DNA of 64,000 bases from Cirrosporium novae-zelandiae (lineage: Eukaryota): NCBI GenBank assembly GCA_026023565.1, contig JAPETS010000036.1:124001-188000 (forward strand). Reading direction: 5' to 3'. The position numbers were made by a program, and so were the translations under genes. This document shows, one piece after another, positions 52,701 through 64,000 of the stretch. Every line of letters starts with the position of its first letter. The first letter of the stretch is position 1. The notes beneath the pieces are model-generated. The model made no database searches. It saw only the letters and a program-made list of their open reading frames with translations, and was not told where the DNA came from.

Positions 52701-53598
52701 ATGGCTAGCGAGAAAAAAATAGAAGCAATGCGGGATATGAATGGAGGAACTCCATCAGAACCCCCACCGTCTTATGAAGCTGTTGCTCAACCTGCTCCCT
52801 TTCCTGGAAAGCGACCTATAGCTCGCCCTCTTGATATCCCCGCCCTCGCTGCCTTGAAGGGGAAGAGAGTTATACTTGCTTCGCAGTCTCCTAGAAGAAG
52901 GCAACTATTGGCTCAGGTATGTTCTAATTATGAAAGGATAGACTGCGCATTGGATTAGAATTTACTCGGTATTGACATCAAGGTAGATTGGCCTCGTCAA
53001 CCTCGAGATCATACCCTCCGCAGCCGCAGAAGACTTCCCCAAATCCCTTGCGCCCTTCGAATATGTTATCCAAACTGCCCAAAAGAAAGCCATGACAGTA
53101 TACAAGCAAGAAATCGATAATGAAGAAAAGGGAGAGCCTGCCTTGATATTAGCCGCCGACACAGTCGTTGTCTCTGGTAAAGGAGAACTTTTGGAAAAGC
53201 CTCGTTCTGAAAAGGAACATATTGCGATGTTGAAGGGCTTGCGAGATGGAGGAGACCATAAAGTGTTTACGGCAGTTACAGCAATAGTGCCATTAGAGAG
53301 CGCTAGGGACCCAGGATATGCTTTGGAAACGACGTGGGAAGAAACAGTCGTTAAATTTGATAAAGAAGTGTCGGATCAATTAATTATGGCTTACGTTAAG
53401 ACAAGGGAAGGAGCAGACAAGGCTGGTGGATATGGAATCCAAGGGATGGGGACATTGCTTGTTAGTAAAATCGACGGAGGCTTCGATAATGTCGTGGGAC
53501 TGCCATTGAGGGCAACATTGAAAATAATAGAGAGGGTCATGAGTCAAGATAATGATATTGAGGATGAACTTGAGGGGACTACGTCAGATAACGAATAA
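52701..53598 (+). CDS. Maf-family nucleotide pyrophosphatase (dTTP/UTP pyrophosphatase, YhdE/ASMTL-like)
   Basis: RVILASQSPRRRQLL, ILAADTVV, LEKP, ADKAGGYGIQG, NVVGLPL. Intron ~52917-52987. Confidence 0.93.
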
Positions 53599-53934
53599 GT
53601 CTTTCCTTGTGGGTATATATAAGCATACATATAGATTTGGGGGGGTCATTGTCAACGCATTTCTCGGAATACTAAGTTGTTCTGGGATGGGAAAGGTAAA
53701 ACCAGACAACTATATTTTATCACAAATTTCTCAAAATTTCCCAACATATCATCATCAGATAACGCCAAAGGCATTACGAATTCAATGAGCAGAAGAGCTA
53801 CATCGGCAAGAGATATCGTAACATCGGGCGGGCCTGGTAAAGGCCGCATTTCGATTGTGCTGATAGACGCCAGAACCCATATATATGCTCATGAACCGTT
53901 CAAAATTTTACAAGAAGTCGAGGCTCCGTATCCT

Positions 53935-54769
53935 CTATGCAGTCCAGATCCTCTTAACTGCTTCAGTAATCCCAACATCATTGGTCTCAAATTCATAAAG
54001 TCCGACCCCAACGGTCAATGTTGCGGCATTCAATCCCCACCAGAACAATTTAAAAGTTTTCGGCAGACGATTCTCGGGAATATAATCAATCACTATTGAC
54101 CTATTGTTTATCAGTCAAGTCCATCTACAGGAATTCGGTTATCCTAGTACGTACTGGAAGCCGATGTGGGAATGAATGAGAATAGTTCCGCAAAGAATAG
54201 CATCCATAACGGGATTGAGGGTTCCAGCAGCAAATGGAGCAATTGTAAGTGGTACTAAAGCCGCGGAGACGGCCCTATGAATGATTGTCAGATTCTGGCC
54301 GCTTTAGAGGAAATAAATTGATCGCGTGCCTCTCAAACACCCAGTGATAACTGCCATGGGTTGGCGAAGTAGGCGGCAGTGGGTGCGCATCATTTACTAC
54401 AAGACTACTGAGCATAACTGGACAAAGACTAGATGGGGTTAATCAAACCTGTGCCTTCGATAGTCTCTGATTTATATTAGCTTGTGAAGATCCGAGAGCG
54501 GGGTAGCATTATAACATACGAGGAAGAGCAGGCAGAATGGCATTCTTTGCAGTTGCATGAAATGCAGCAATCTGAATAGGCGTTGCAAGAGGTTTTCGTG
54601 CAGACAAGACTTGCCTAGTTAGAGATCCTAATCCTGAACAACTGTTTGGCTTAACCATCTGCATTGCTCGGAAAGCCGGAGTAGGAGTAGCAGCAGTTGA
54701 TAGCAATCTCTTGGTAGGAACAGAAAAGGCAGTTTGCCGAATAATTGAGGGTCGTGCAAAAGATGCCAT
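53935..54769 (-). CDS. SDH4: Succinate dehydrogenase cytochrome b small subunit (CybS)
   Basis: Mitochondrial presequence, AAFHAT, PTHGSYHWVFE, HSHIGFQ, IDYIP, YEFETNDVGITEAVKRIWTA*. About four introns. Confidence 0.93.
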
Positions 54770-54901
54770 AATGATCCTCAAGAATTGTCAAAGAAAAAGT
54801 TAAGAATTGAGTGGAGATTATAAAGAAGTGTTGATGAATGATGAAATGATGTTCGCAATATTCAAGTTCACGATCTTCTCCGGACCGAGGGGAATAAGTC
54901 G

Positions 54902-54922
54902 ATTGGGCTCAACTCTGATTGG
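54902..54922. promoter_or_regulatory. Two CCAAT boxes (ATTGG at 54902 and 54918) in the ~300-nt divergent SDH4/MPP-beta promoter
   Basis: GATTGG occurs twice between the divergent ATGs at 54769 and 55067. Confidence 0.6.
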
Positions 54923-55066
54923 CTCAAACGGGGTTTTACGGCTCTAAGGTCAAACCTTGGATTGACATTCTTTCTTTCCCTCAGCCAAAAACGAACAACA
55001 GGATCTCGAACCTCAGCGCAGAAACCTCTCCTCTCCAATCTTAATAGCCATTCTTTTCCTTTTGCA

Positions 55067-57356
55067 ATGGCCTCAAGACGTTTGGCCTTGAACCTCAACA
55101 ATGCCCTCCGAAACCGAGCGGCCCTAAAATCCGTGCCTTCCCTACGTAGAGGTCTTGCTACGCCGATCTCCAATGGCTCGTTAACAGAGAGGTACATCTG
55201 GCTTTCTAGGTACATCACAACTTGTATATAACTGACAATTGAACAGTACTACACTCAGTAACGGTTTTACTGCAAGTAAACATGTTCATATCTGGCTGAA
55301 TCGAAAGCTCATTGAGAACCCAGATCGCTACTCAGCATTCGCCATGGGCTCAGACCTCGACCGTCGGTGTGTGGATTGATGCCGGAAGTCGTGCTGAGAC
55401 GGATGTACGTGAAGGCCTCTAGAAAGCGCGAATCGGATAATAACATTTTTCTTAACAAGGCTACCAATGGAACCGCCCACTTCCTCGAACATCTTGCATT
55501 CAAAGGTTAGACATTGCGAAGTGAAAGAGCATATGTAACATGGTTGCGGAGTTTGACTCTTTCCAGGAACCAACAAGCGCTCGCAGCATCAGCTCGAATT
55601 AGAAATAGGTACATATCCATGAATGGCTCTATCATATGCTCGCGGCTTACAATAATACAGAAAATATGGGTGGCCATCTCAATGCCTATACCTCCCGGGA
55701 AAATACTGGTATTTCCATCTCACTATTTCTTGAGCTAGCACATGAAGTTTCGCTCATCAAACGAAAGTTTACTATGCCAAATGCTTCAACAACGATGTTG
55801 AAAAGTCTTGTGACATTCTTGCGGACATTCTTCAAAACTCAAAGCTTGACCCAGCTGCGGTTGAGCGAGAGCGCGACGTGATTCTTCGGGAACAAGAAGA
55901 AGTATGATTAGTTACAATTGCTACCCCTGATTAAAAGAGCGAAAAGTCAATAGATGGCTAATTATTTTCCAGGTGGATAAATCCTTAGAGGAAGTTGTAT
56001 GTACCACTGATATTTAATGCTATAAGTATGCGAGGGCTTTAAGTACTAACAAGCCCCTGACCAGGCGTTTGACCATTTACATGCGACCGCGTTCCAAGGC
56101 CAACCCTTGGGAAGAACGATCCTCGGACCAGCTGACAACATCCGATCAATTCAAAGGGATGATTGCTGTAAGTTGGCATTGTTGATACATGACTATTCCA
56201 TGCTCACAGCTAACAACATGTAGTGGACTATATCAAGTAAGAATATTTATCCAGGGGAAAAACAAATACTAACTAAATAGGACCAACTACACGGCGGACC
56301 GAATGGTACTCGTTGGTGCAGGTGGTGTTCCCCATCAGCAGTTGGTAGACATGGCCGAAAAATACTTTGCAAGCCTCCCTGCTGCTCCTCCAACCTCCGC
56401 CTCAGCTGCAATTGCCGCTGAACAGAAACGAAAGCCAGACTTTATTGGCTCCGAAGTTCGCATCAGGGATGACACCATCCCAACTGCCAACATTGCCATC
56501 GCTGTTGAAGGTGTCAGTTGGAAAGATGATGACTACTTCACGGCATTAGTAACCCAGGCCATTGTATGACTACATCCCATCGATTATCCTTCGAATTACA
56601 TAGAACTAAACGGGAATACTAATAATCTCTCAGGTTGGCAATTGGGATCGCGCGATGGGCAACTCTCCTTACCTTGGTAGCAAGCTCAGCACCTTCGTGA
56701 ACCACCACAACCTGGCCAACTCCTTTATGTCCTTCTCGACTAGCTACTGCAAGTTCTACCCCTACTCATTGATTTCTCCATCTAACTGAATAATAGCGGA
56801 TACTGGTCTCTGGGGAATCTACCTTGGTATGTATCAGTCGACCTTAGTCGTCTAAATGTACTAATGCTCATACCTTGTATAGTCACGGAGAATAAGACCC
56901 AGATTGATGACCTTGTCCATTTCACTCTTCGTGAATGGTCCCGACTATCCTATAACGTGACTGAAGCCGAGGTTGAACGGGCGAAAGCCCAATTAAAGGC
57001 CTCGATTCTATTATCTTTAGATGGTACAACCGCTATTGCCGAGGTTAGTTTACGAGACCCGTTATTCCCCAACTCAAATCTAATTTGTCAACCAAAGGAC
57101 ATTGGCCGCCAAATCATTACTACCGGTCGTCGTCTCAGCCCCGAGGATGTTGAGAGGGTAGTTGGTCGTATCACCGCGAAGGATGTCATGGATTTTGCCC
57201 AAAGAAAACTCTGGGGTTTGTTCTCCCATACAGTAAATTTAGAGTATGCAGCTAACAACTTCAACAGACAAGGACATTGCGGTTAGCGCCGTAGGAAGCA
57301 TTGAGGGTATGCTCGATTATAATCGTATCCGGAACGATATGAGCCGCAATATATAG
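55067..57356 (+). CDS. MAS1: Mitochondrial processing peptidase beta subunit (M16)
   Basis: [14 protein letters not shown], inverted zincin motif [43 protein letters not shown]. Fifteen introns by manual splicing. Confidence 0.96.
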
Positions 57357-58441
57357 GAGGTTGTCCGCAGTGAAGATCTGTTTTTGTAAATTAGAGGAAG
57401 GAAGAAAGAAGAACTTTCATAAAATCTGTGTGGCCTTTGTGTATGTAGCCGCAAATGAGATACCTACGAGGTAGTTGCCCACCTCATGTGCGAGTAGTAA
57501 TTACCTACCTAGGTATCCGAGTAGCTTATAAAGTCAGGCCGACGGTTCTCGGAGGTGTTTCTGACCTTCGTTCCAATGCCGTTGATAACTTGAGGTGATG
57601 GTGCGGTGAGAGAACATGGAAAGCAAGTCCGTAGAAGGCAGTAAAACCTAGCTCTGAGAAAATCTGATAATTTCCGGATGATTTGTTGCCCCACCCCGAT
57701 GATGTGCGATAACAAGTAATAAGAAAATAGATGACGTTCAGACGTGGTAGGAAGTGTACTGTTGTGGGTGATGATTGGACATGGGGTGATGGAAGATAAA
57801 AGATAAACTTCTAGATGGGAAGAGAGATACTTCTTGTTCCTGTTTTTTGTCTTTGATTCTTCACTTCAAAGGTTTGCAAAGTTTCAAAGATCTTTCAACT
57901 ATGGAAAATTGAAACAATTCGCCCCTTAGAGCCGAATATCCACCCACTTAGCAACGGATTTTCGTATCTTCGTACTTCGTCAATGGAAACCACGGGGGAA
58001 ACAGCAGACAAGGCAGTGTTCCGATGTCAAGATACCTTTGATAAAATTTGATAGAAAAAATGCCCGGCTGAAGATTATTAATCCGAAGTTATCGAAATTA
58101 TCCAAAGTATTCAAAGTATCCTCTCCGCATCAGGGCAAATGTCCGCTTCAAGCCAACTAATGATGACGTTGCCACGACGAAGAGGCCCTTAAGGTTCTAC
58201 AAACATTCCAGTACTCCACTGAATGCCGTTGACGCCCATTCGAAATCAGATGAACTTTGGGGAACCGAGGACTAATGTTTGTCTGAAACTGTTCGCCATA
58301 TCCGATCTTCTGACAAATCCCCATCAAGATGAATTGAGGAGTACGGGCCTACTTGAGTATATAAGGAGCCCAGCTTGCCCTCTGTTTCCGTATTTGCCAT
58401 TTTCCATAAAATCTCTGTACATTTATCCTTCGTTTCTCACA

Positions 58442-59555
58442 ATGGTTCAGAACAAGACTCTCAACTTCAAGAAAGTCCCTGTGGGCTACCCAGTCCCAGG
58501 TCAAGATCTCGCCATTGAGACCTCAGAGTTTGATGTAAATCAAGCACCTCCTCAGGGAGGCATCACCGTCAAGATTTACTATGTTTCCTTCGACCCATAC
58601 CAGAGGGGACGGATGCGCCCTGCCGAGGTTAAGTCCTACTCGCCTCCATATGAGCTTAACGGGCCTATTAACAACTCAGCCGTCGCAAAGGTCCTCAAAA
58701 GCGATAGCAACAAATTCAAAGAAGGCGATTTGATTATCTGCATGCTTCCAACTGCCGAATATGCCTCGGTTCCGCAGCAGCTTGTCGACAAGACGGCCCG
58801 AAAGATCGAGAACCCTTTCAACCTTGATCCACGAATGTTTCTTGCAGCTTTGGGTATGCCTGGTCTAACAGCCTACTCGAGTTATCACGAGATCGGCAAG
58901 CCTAAGAAGGGAGAGACCATTTTCGTTTCCGCAGCAAGTGGTGCCGTTGGTCAGATGGTTGGTCAATTGGCTAAACATGATGGTCTGACGGTTATCGGCA
59001 GCGTTGGTTCTGACGAGAAACTGAACTTCATATTGAATGATCTGGAATTTGATGCCGGCTTCAACTACAAAAAAGAAAAGCCGGCAGATGCTCTGAAGAG
59101 ACTTGCACCAAATGGCGTTGACATCTACTACGAAAATGTGGGCGGTGAACATCTTGATGCTGCTCTCGAAGCTATGAATAATTTTGGCCGAATTGGTGAG
59201 TCCTATTGCATTGTTCTTTCCATCTTATAACATTACTAACTCCATTATTTTAGTTGGATGCGGCATGGTATCTCAGTACAACAAGCCTCCGGCGCAGCAA
59301 TATGCTATTAGAAACATAATAAATCTTGTGTCTAAACGGTTAACCCTTCGAGGCTTCATTGTTGGAGATGTTGATATGGGTCCCAAGTATTTTGCTGAAC
59401 ACCAGAAAAATGTCCAGCAATGGGTTCATGATGGATCTTTGAAGGTCCAAATGAGCCAGACTGATGGAATCGACAAGGCTGCAGATGGGTTTCTGGGAAT
59501 GTTGAAAGGAGAGAACTTCGGAAAAGCTGTCTTGAAGGTTGCAGACTTGGATTGA
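58442..59555 (+). CDS. NADP-dependent MDR-family oxidoreductase (prostaglandin reductase / 2-alkenal reductase-like)
   Basis: SFDPYQRGRM, LGMPGLTAY, FVSAASGAVGQ, DIYYENVGG, GENFGKAV. Intron ~59196-59252; TATA-like element at 58358. Confidence 0.93.
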
Positions 59556-59889
59556 GAGACATTCAAGGAACTACATTAGGTTGCTGATCTTGCTAATGGA
59601 CCTGGGTTATGGGGTTCTTTGGGGGGAGGCCATGGCTTTATGGAACACTGTATAATAGTTATGACAGAGACCTATCAGAATTAACGAATTGAAAGGCTTA
59701 TTGTATTACTTCCTACTTGAGTGAATACCTAGGTACTGTACTGTACCTAGTAATAACTACATCTAGGCTATGGAGAAGTTTTTCAAGGTCCGACGTCGGA
59801 TCCACCTTGCATGGAATGATGAGCTAACGAATTTATTTTTGCTTCTTGGTATGACCGGAATAACCCCGCGGTGTCTCGATAAGCATTGG

Positions 59890-59943
59890 TGACTCAAGTC
59901 ATTGTAGAGCTTCTCATTTCTTTATTTAATTATCATTGACTCT
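59890..59943. promoter_or_regulatory. Gcn4/CpcA elements TGACTCA (59890) and TGACTCT (59937) upstream of HIS4
   Basis: One consensus and one near-consensus site within 100 nt of the ATG at 59989. Confidence 0.7.
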
Positions 59944-59988
59944 TCTTTTAGTTCCTCATTTTTTCTATCCTTACCGTTCTTGTTTACC

Positions 59989-62794
59989 ATGGATGCAAAT
60001 GCTGTGTGCAAAGGCATTGGCCTGCCGTTCTTGGTGACGATCGACTTGTCAACAAATTTTACCAACCAATCAAATGGACTCCAATTGAAGCAGATATCAT
60101 ATTTAAGCCAAGTATACGCTTCAGTCTCGCCCAAAACCGTTCAAAATGCCTATAAATTGCTGGATACATGCATCAATGAATACGGACCACGATTCCAGGT
60201 TTTCCTGAATGTCACAAATCTAGCCGACGCTCTCGACGATGTTGAAACCTTTCTGGAACTAGGATGCAGCAGGATAATTGTAACTTTTGCCCAATTGAAA
60301 GAGCTTGTCTCGCGAAATGAAAACATTCCCTCTTCACGCTTCGTTGTTTCGGTTGATGGACATAATGCAAAAGAGCCAGCCAAAGAAGTGGAAAACACAC
60401 AGGGCAATATCAACAGTATATTCGGCGGCAAGACTACTATTGGCGGACTTCACATATACAATCCTGGAAATTTTGTGAATTCTGCTTTCAAGGCTTATGG
60501 TTTCTCAGGCACCCCAGATATTGAAAGTGCCAGGAATGGTAGAGAAATTGTGCTGGATCTGGAATCCAAAAATATGCTGCCATTATGGGGTGCAAATGAA
60601 TTAACGACCAAGGAGGTTTCTAAGCTCTTGCTTGGCAGCCACGGACAGGATAGGACTTCCCCTCTCTACCCGACAATGGTTGTAAATGAACATGGGGTTG
60701 GACTCGGGCTTGTTTACAGCACTCCCGAAAGTATTGATCTTGCGCTGAGCACTGGCACGGGCGTCTACTACAGTAGGTCACGGAATGAGATCTGGCGGAA
60801 GGGAGCAACTAGTGGAGACACACAAGAGCTTATTAGTATAAACTCTAATTGCAATTCGGATTCATTACGATTTGTTGTGAGACAGAATGGCAGAGGTATA
60901 GATTCCTCCTCTTCCAAGTGCTCGCATCTAACTTTCACTAGGCTTCTGTCACACTCCCGAAGATACATGCTATGGCTCCTTCCATGGCTTGTACAAGCTC
61001 CAAGATACCCTTAAATCACGTATGACAAGCGCACCGAAGGGGTCTTATACAGCTCGACTTTTCAATGACCCAGAGCTACTCAACGCAAAAATCAAAGAAG
61101 AGGCTACCGAGCTATGCGAAGCAAAGTCGAAGAAAGATGTGGCATTTGAAGCCGCCGATGTCCTATATTTCGCTCTTGTTAAATGTATAGCCTCGGGGGT
61201 AAATTTACAGGATATTGAAAATAACCTTGATTTCAAGCACTTGAAGTGCAAGAGACGGCCCGGGAATGCAAAACCGCAGTACATTAGGAAAGATAATACC
61301 GAAGCAAATCCTCCCAAACCTGCAGAGATATCATCCGATCCTAAACCGATTGAACCTCAAGATATCAAGATGCAGCGCTACGTTGTCGCTAATGAAGCCC
61401 CCCAAACCATTCAAAAAGTTCTCCAGCGTCCTGCTCAAGGCATGGGCGACTTAATTATGTCGCGCGTCACCCCTATTATCAAAGGAGTTCGAGAAGAAGG
61501 GGACTCTGCACTTCTCAGATATATCAACCAGCTCGATGTCCGGTGCCCTGATCCAATTAATAACCCTGTCCTGAAAACGCCTGTTCTTGCCGCACCTTTC
61601 CCCGAGAACTTGATGCAAATTGCTCCTGAGACGAAAGCTGCCATCGATGTCTCATTCAATAACATCAAGACTTTCCATGCCGCACAGGCGACCCCAGACA
61701 TGCACGTAGACACCATGCCAGGCGTGACGTGCTCTCGTTTCTCCCGACCTATTCAAAGTGGTATGTAATGTCGCAAGCTTTTTATTTCCCTCAAGATCCC
61801 GATTGGATTTAGCTGGACGGAGAATTAATATATTACTTTAGTCGGTCTCTATATTCCTGGCGGTACTGCTGTTCTTCCCTCCACGACTCTAATGCTTGGT
61901 GTCCCGGCAATGGTCGCCGGTTGTCCATCCATTGTCCTTGCAACCCCACCCCGATCCGATGGTTCTGTTTCCCCTGAAATTATCTACATCGCTTCCCTGG
62001 TTGGTGCTAGCCACATTGTTCTCGCAGGTGGCGCCCAAGCAGTTGCGGCAATGGCCTATGGAACCGCCTCCGTTCCTAAAGTTGATAAAATCCTAGGCCC
62101 AGGGAACCAATACGTCACAGCCGCCAAGATGGTTGTTTCAAACGATACTTCAGCGGCAGTAAGTATAGACATGCCTGCTGGTCCTTCTGAGGTCCTGGTT
62201 ATTGCCGATTCGTCATCCAATCCAGCATTCGTGGCCGCTGACTTGCTCTCCCAAGCGGAACATGGTGTGGATTCTCAAGTGATTCTCATTGCAATCGCTC
62301 TCAGCGAGACTCAGCTTGAAGCCATTGAAAAGGAAGTACAAACCCAGGCAATGGCTTTACCAAGGGTGGATATTGTGAGAGGAAGTATTGCGCACTCCGT
62401 CACCCTTGTGGTCAAGGATGTTGAAGAGGCCCTCAAGCTCTCCAATTTCTATGCTCCTGAACATCTTATACTGCAACTTCATGATCCACATGCCGCAGTG
62501 CCTTTGGTTAACAACGCTGGATCTGTGTTTGTCGGTCCTTGGACACCTGAGTCTGTAGGCGACTACTCGGCTGGGGTTAACCACTCCTTACCCACATACG
62601 GGTATGCAAAACAATATTCTGGAGTGAACTTGGGTAGTTTCCAGAAACAGATCACCGCCAGCTGCTTGACCGAGCATGGACTGCGAAATGTCGGTACTAG
62701 CGTCATGCAACTTGCTAAAATTGAAGAATTGGAAGCTCACCGGAGAGCTGTGGAGATAAGATTACAAGGGGGAGCTGACGGCCCTAGGCTATGA
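59989..62794 (+). CDS. HIS4: Trifunctional histidine biosynthesis protein (PRA-CH / PRA-PH / histidinol dehydrogenase; Neurospora his-3 type)
   Basis: [28 protein letters not shown]...[59 protein letters not shown]. Two introns. Confidence 0.96.
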
Positions 62795-63596
62795 AGAAAT
62801 GAAATAACTTTACTGCGTAGAGGTTTTTTTATACTATATGATTTTAAGAGCTATGAATGACTACGGTGACCGACTGTGAGTGTAAGGTATTCACCAACAT
62901 TATAGGGTACCATTAACACCTCAAAGCCTAATTAATGACCGTGTGGTAAAGTAAAGAGGAGATAAAAGCCTCTCTTTTCCCGTTGTGTCTCAACTACTTG
63001 TTGAGGAATGGAGATTAAGTTACACGTCGGCCACCATTTGACACTTTCCTTGCTTTCTGCAAGTAATTTATCAGGACCCCTTGGCGGGATAAATGAAGGT
63101 GGCATCTTTTTTAATTCTCCGGTCTCATATCCAGGAGAAAACCCTTAGCTTTATGATGAAGTCTTTGATAATCGCCACTGTAAAATCATGTCGTTTATAC
63201 CGAGGTCTTTTAGTAATAGCAATAGCTTGGAGCAAAGGTTTGGCTGGAATTTTTGTCTACTATGTAGTTATGACTTGTCGCTTTCGCAGCGCCATGGATG
63301 ACGTGGTGGATGATTTGAGCAAATGTTGGCTGTTCGATAACAAATAGGGCAAAAAGAACATGTTACTCTTCAGCCGAGACCAGGGGGAGTTGTTGATTGC
63401 CATCAAGAAATAATTTCTACAAATACAATGATTTGTGATACCTTGATTTTCAGGCATTACAAACATGCTTCAAAGTTTACTGTTGTATTACTTTGGTAGG
63501 CTTTAGTTAGTAGGGGATCATCCCTCCCCCCCGCCCGTTCCACACTCACTTGTCTTCAGCTGTCTTGCTGTCTTGCTGTCCTGCTGGCTTGAGCTT

Positions 63597-63635
63597 GAGC
63601 TTTAACCCTGAGCTTTAACCCTGAGCTTTAACCCT
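63597..63635. repeat. 13-nt tandem repeat (GAGCTTTAACCCT)x3 containing the TAACCC telomeric hexamer
   Basis: gagctttaaccctgagctttaaccctgagctttaaccct. Confidence 0.85.
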
Positions 63636-63674
63636 GGCCTTTTTTTTCGAAATTAAAGTACCTCATTGGCCACA

Positions 63675-64000
63675 ATGTCTCCTCTCAACGCATACTCACG
63701 TACATCTTTCTTCCAGAGAAGAGAAGGGCTGTTTTATGCGACCATGCATTCTCTTCTCTCCATCACCTAATTGTCTAGCAGTCGCTTCCTTCATCTCTCC
63801 TTTCTTTACTGTACAATCTCCGCATCTGTTTTTGTGCTTGGTCCCTTCCCTTGATCATGGCAATGAAAATGGGAGGTAGGTTGTTCCTGTATCAACAAGA
63901 ATTCATACATTGAAGCAAAACTGATGCTGTATAGTCTCGACTATATTCCACCGACTTTCGGGCCTCTGGCACCTTGTACGACCTTACCTCCCTCCCATGA
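63675..64000 (+). CDS. Probable 5' end of an unidentified gene (runs off the window end)
   Basis: acaATG start; splicing gtacat...ctag and gtaggt...atag keeps one frame open to the window end (MSPLNAYSPVASF...GSLDYIPPTFGP). Confidence 0.45.

Noticed and set aside
53677..54099. 140-aa plus-strand ORF
   Set aside because: Antisense to the SDH4 last exon and 3'UTR; non-ATG start; no recognisable domain.

Overview
Gene-dense chromosomal DNA from a filamentous ascomycete (Pezizomycotina-type): short GT-AG/GC-AG spliceosomal introns with CTRAC branch points, and microsatellite-rich intergenic blocks. About 23 intact or partial genes are supportable, mostly housekeeping: GH1 beta-glucosidase (partial), Ral2-like kelch-BTB, Cdc20, TFIIA large subunit, SDR, phospholipase B, aldo-keto reductase, amino-acid permease, MFS drug transporter, Artemis/SNM1-like nuclease, 2OG-Fe(II) oxygenase, RING E3, bHLH, GFA-domain protein, Lys1, Maf, Sdh4, MPP-beta, an MDR-family reductase and trifunctional His4. 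There are also two pseudogenes (PhzF-like, HET-like). I found no secondary-metabolite cluster, intact transposon, tRNA/rRNA or CRISPR. The most notable observations are: (1) a ~183-nt intronic fold-back whose mismatches are mostly G-U wobbles on the transcribed strand only; (2) a His4 cyclohydrolase motif reading NCNSD instead of DCDxD; (3) a 15-intron MPP-beta gene and four GC-AG introns in two genes; (4) a recurrent intergenic palindrome TACCTAGGTA; (5) C-rich to G-rich skew blocks running through coding exons; (6) a possible in-frame extension past the Artemis-like TAG. Gene models were assembled by eye and need RNA-seq confirmation.
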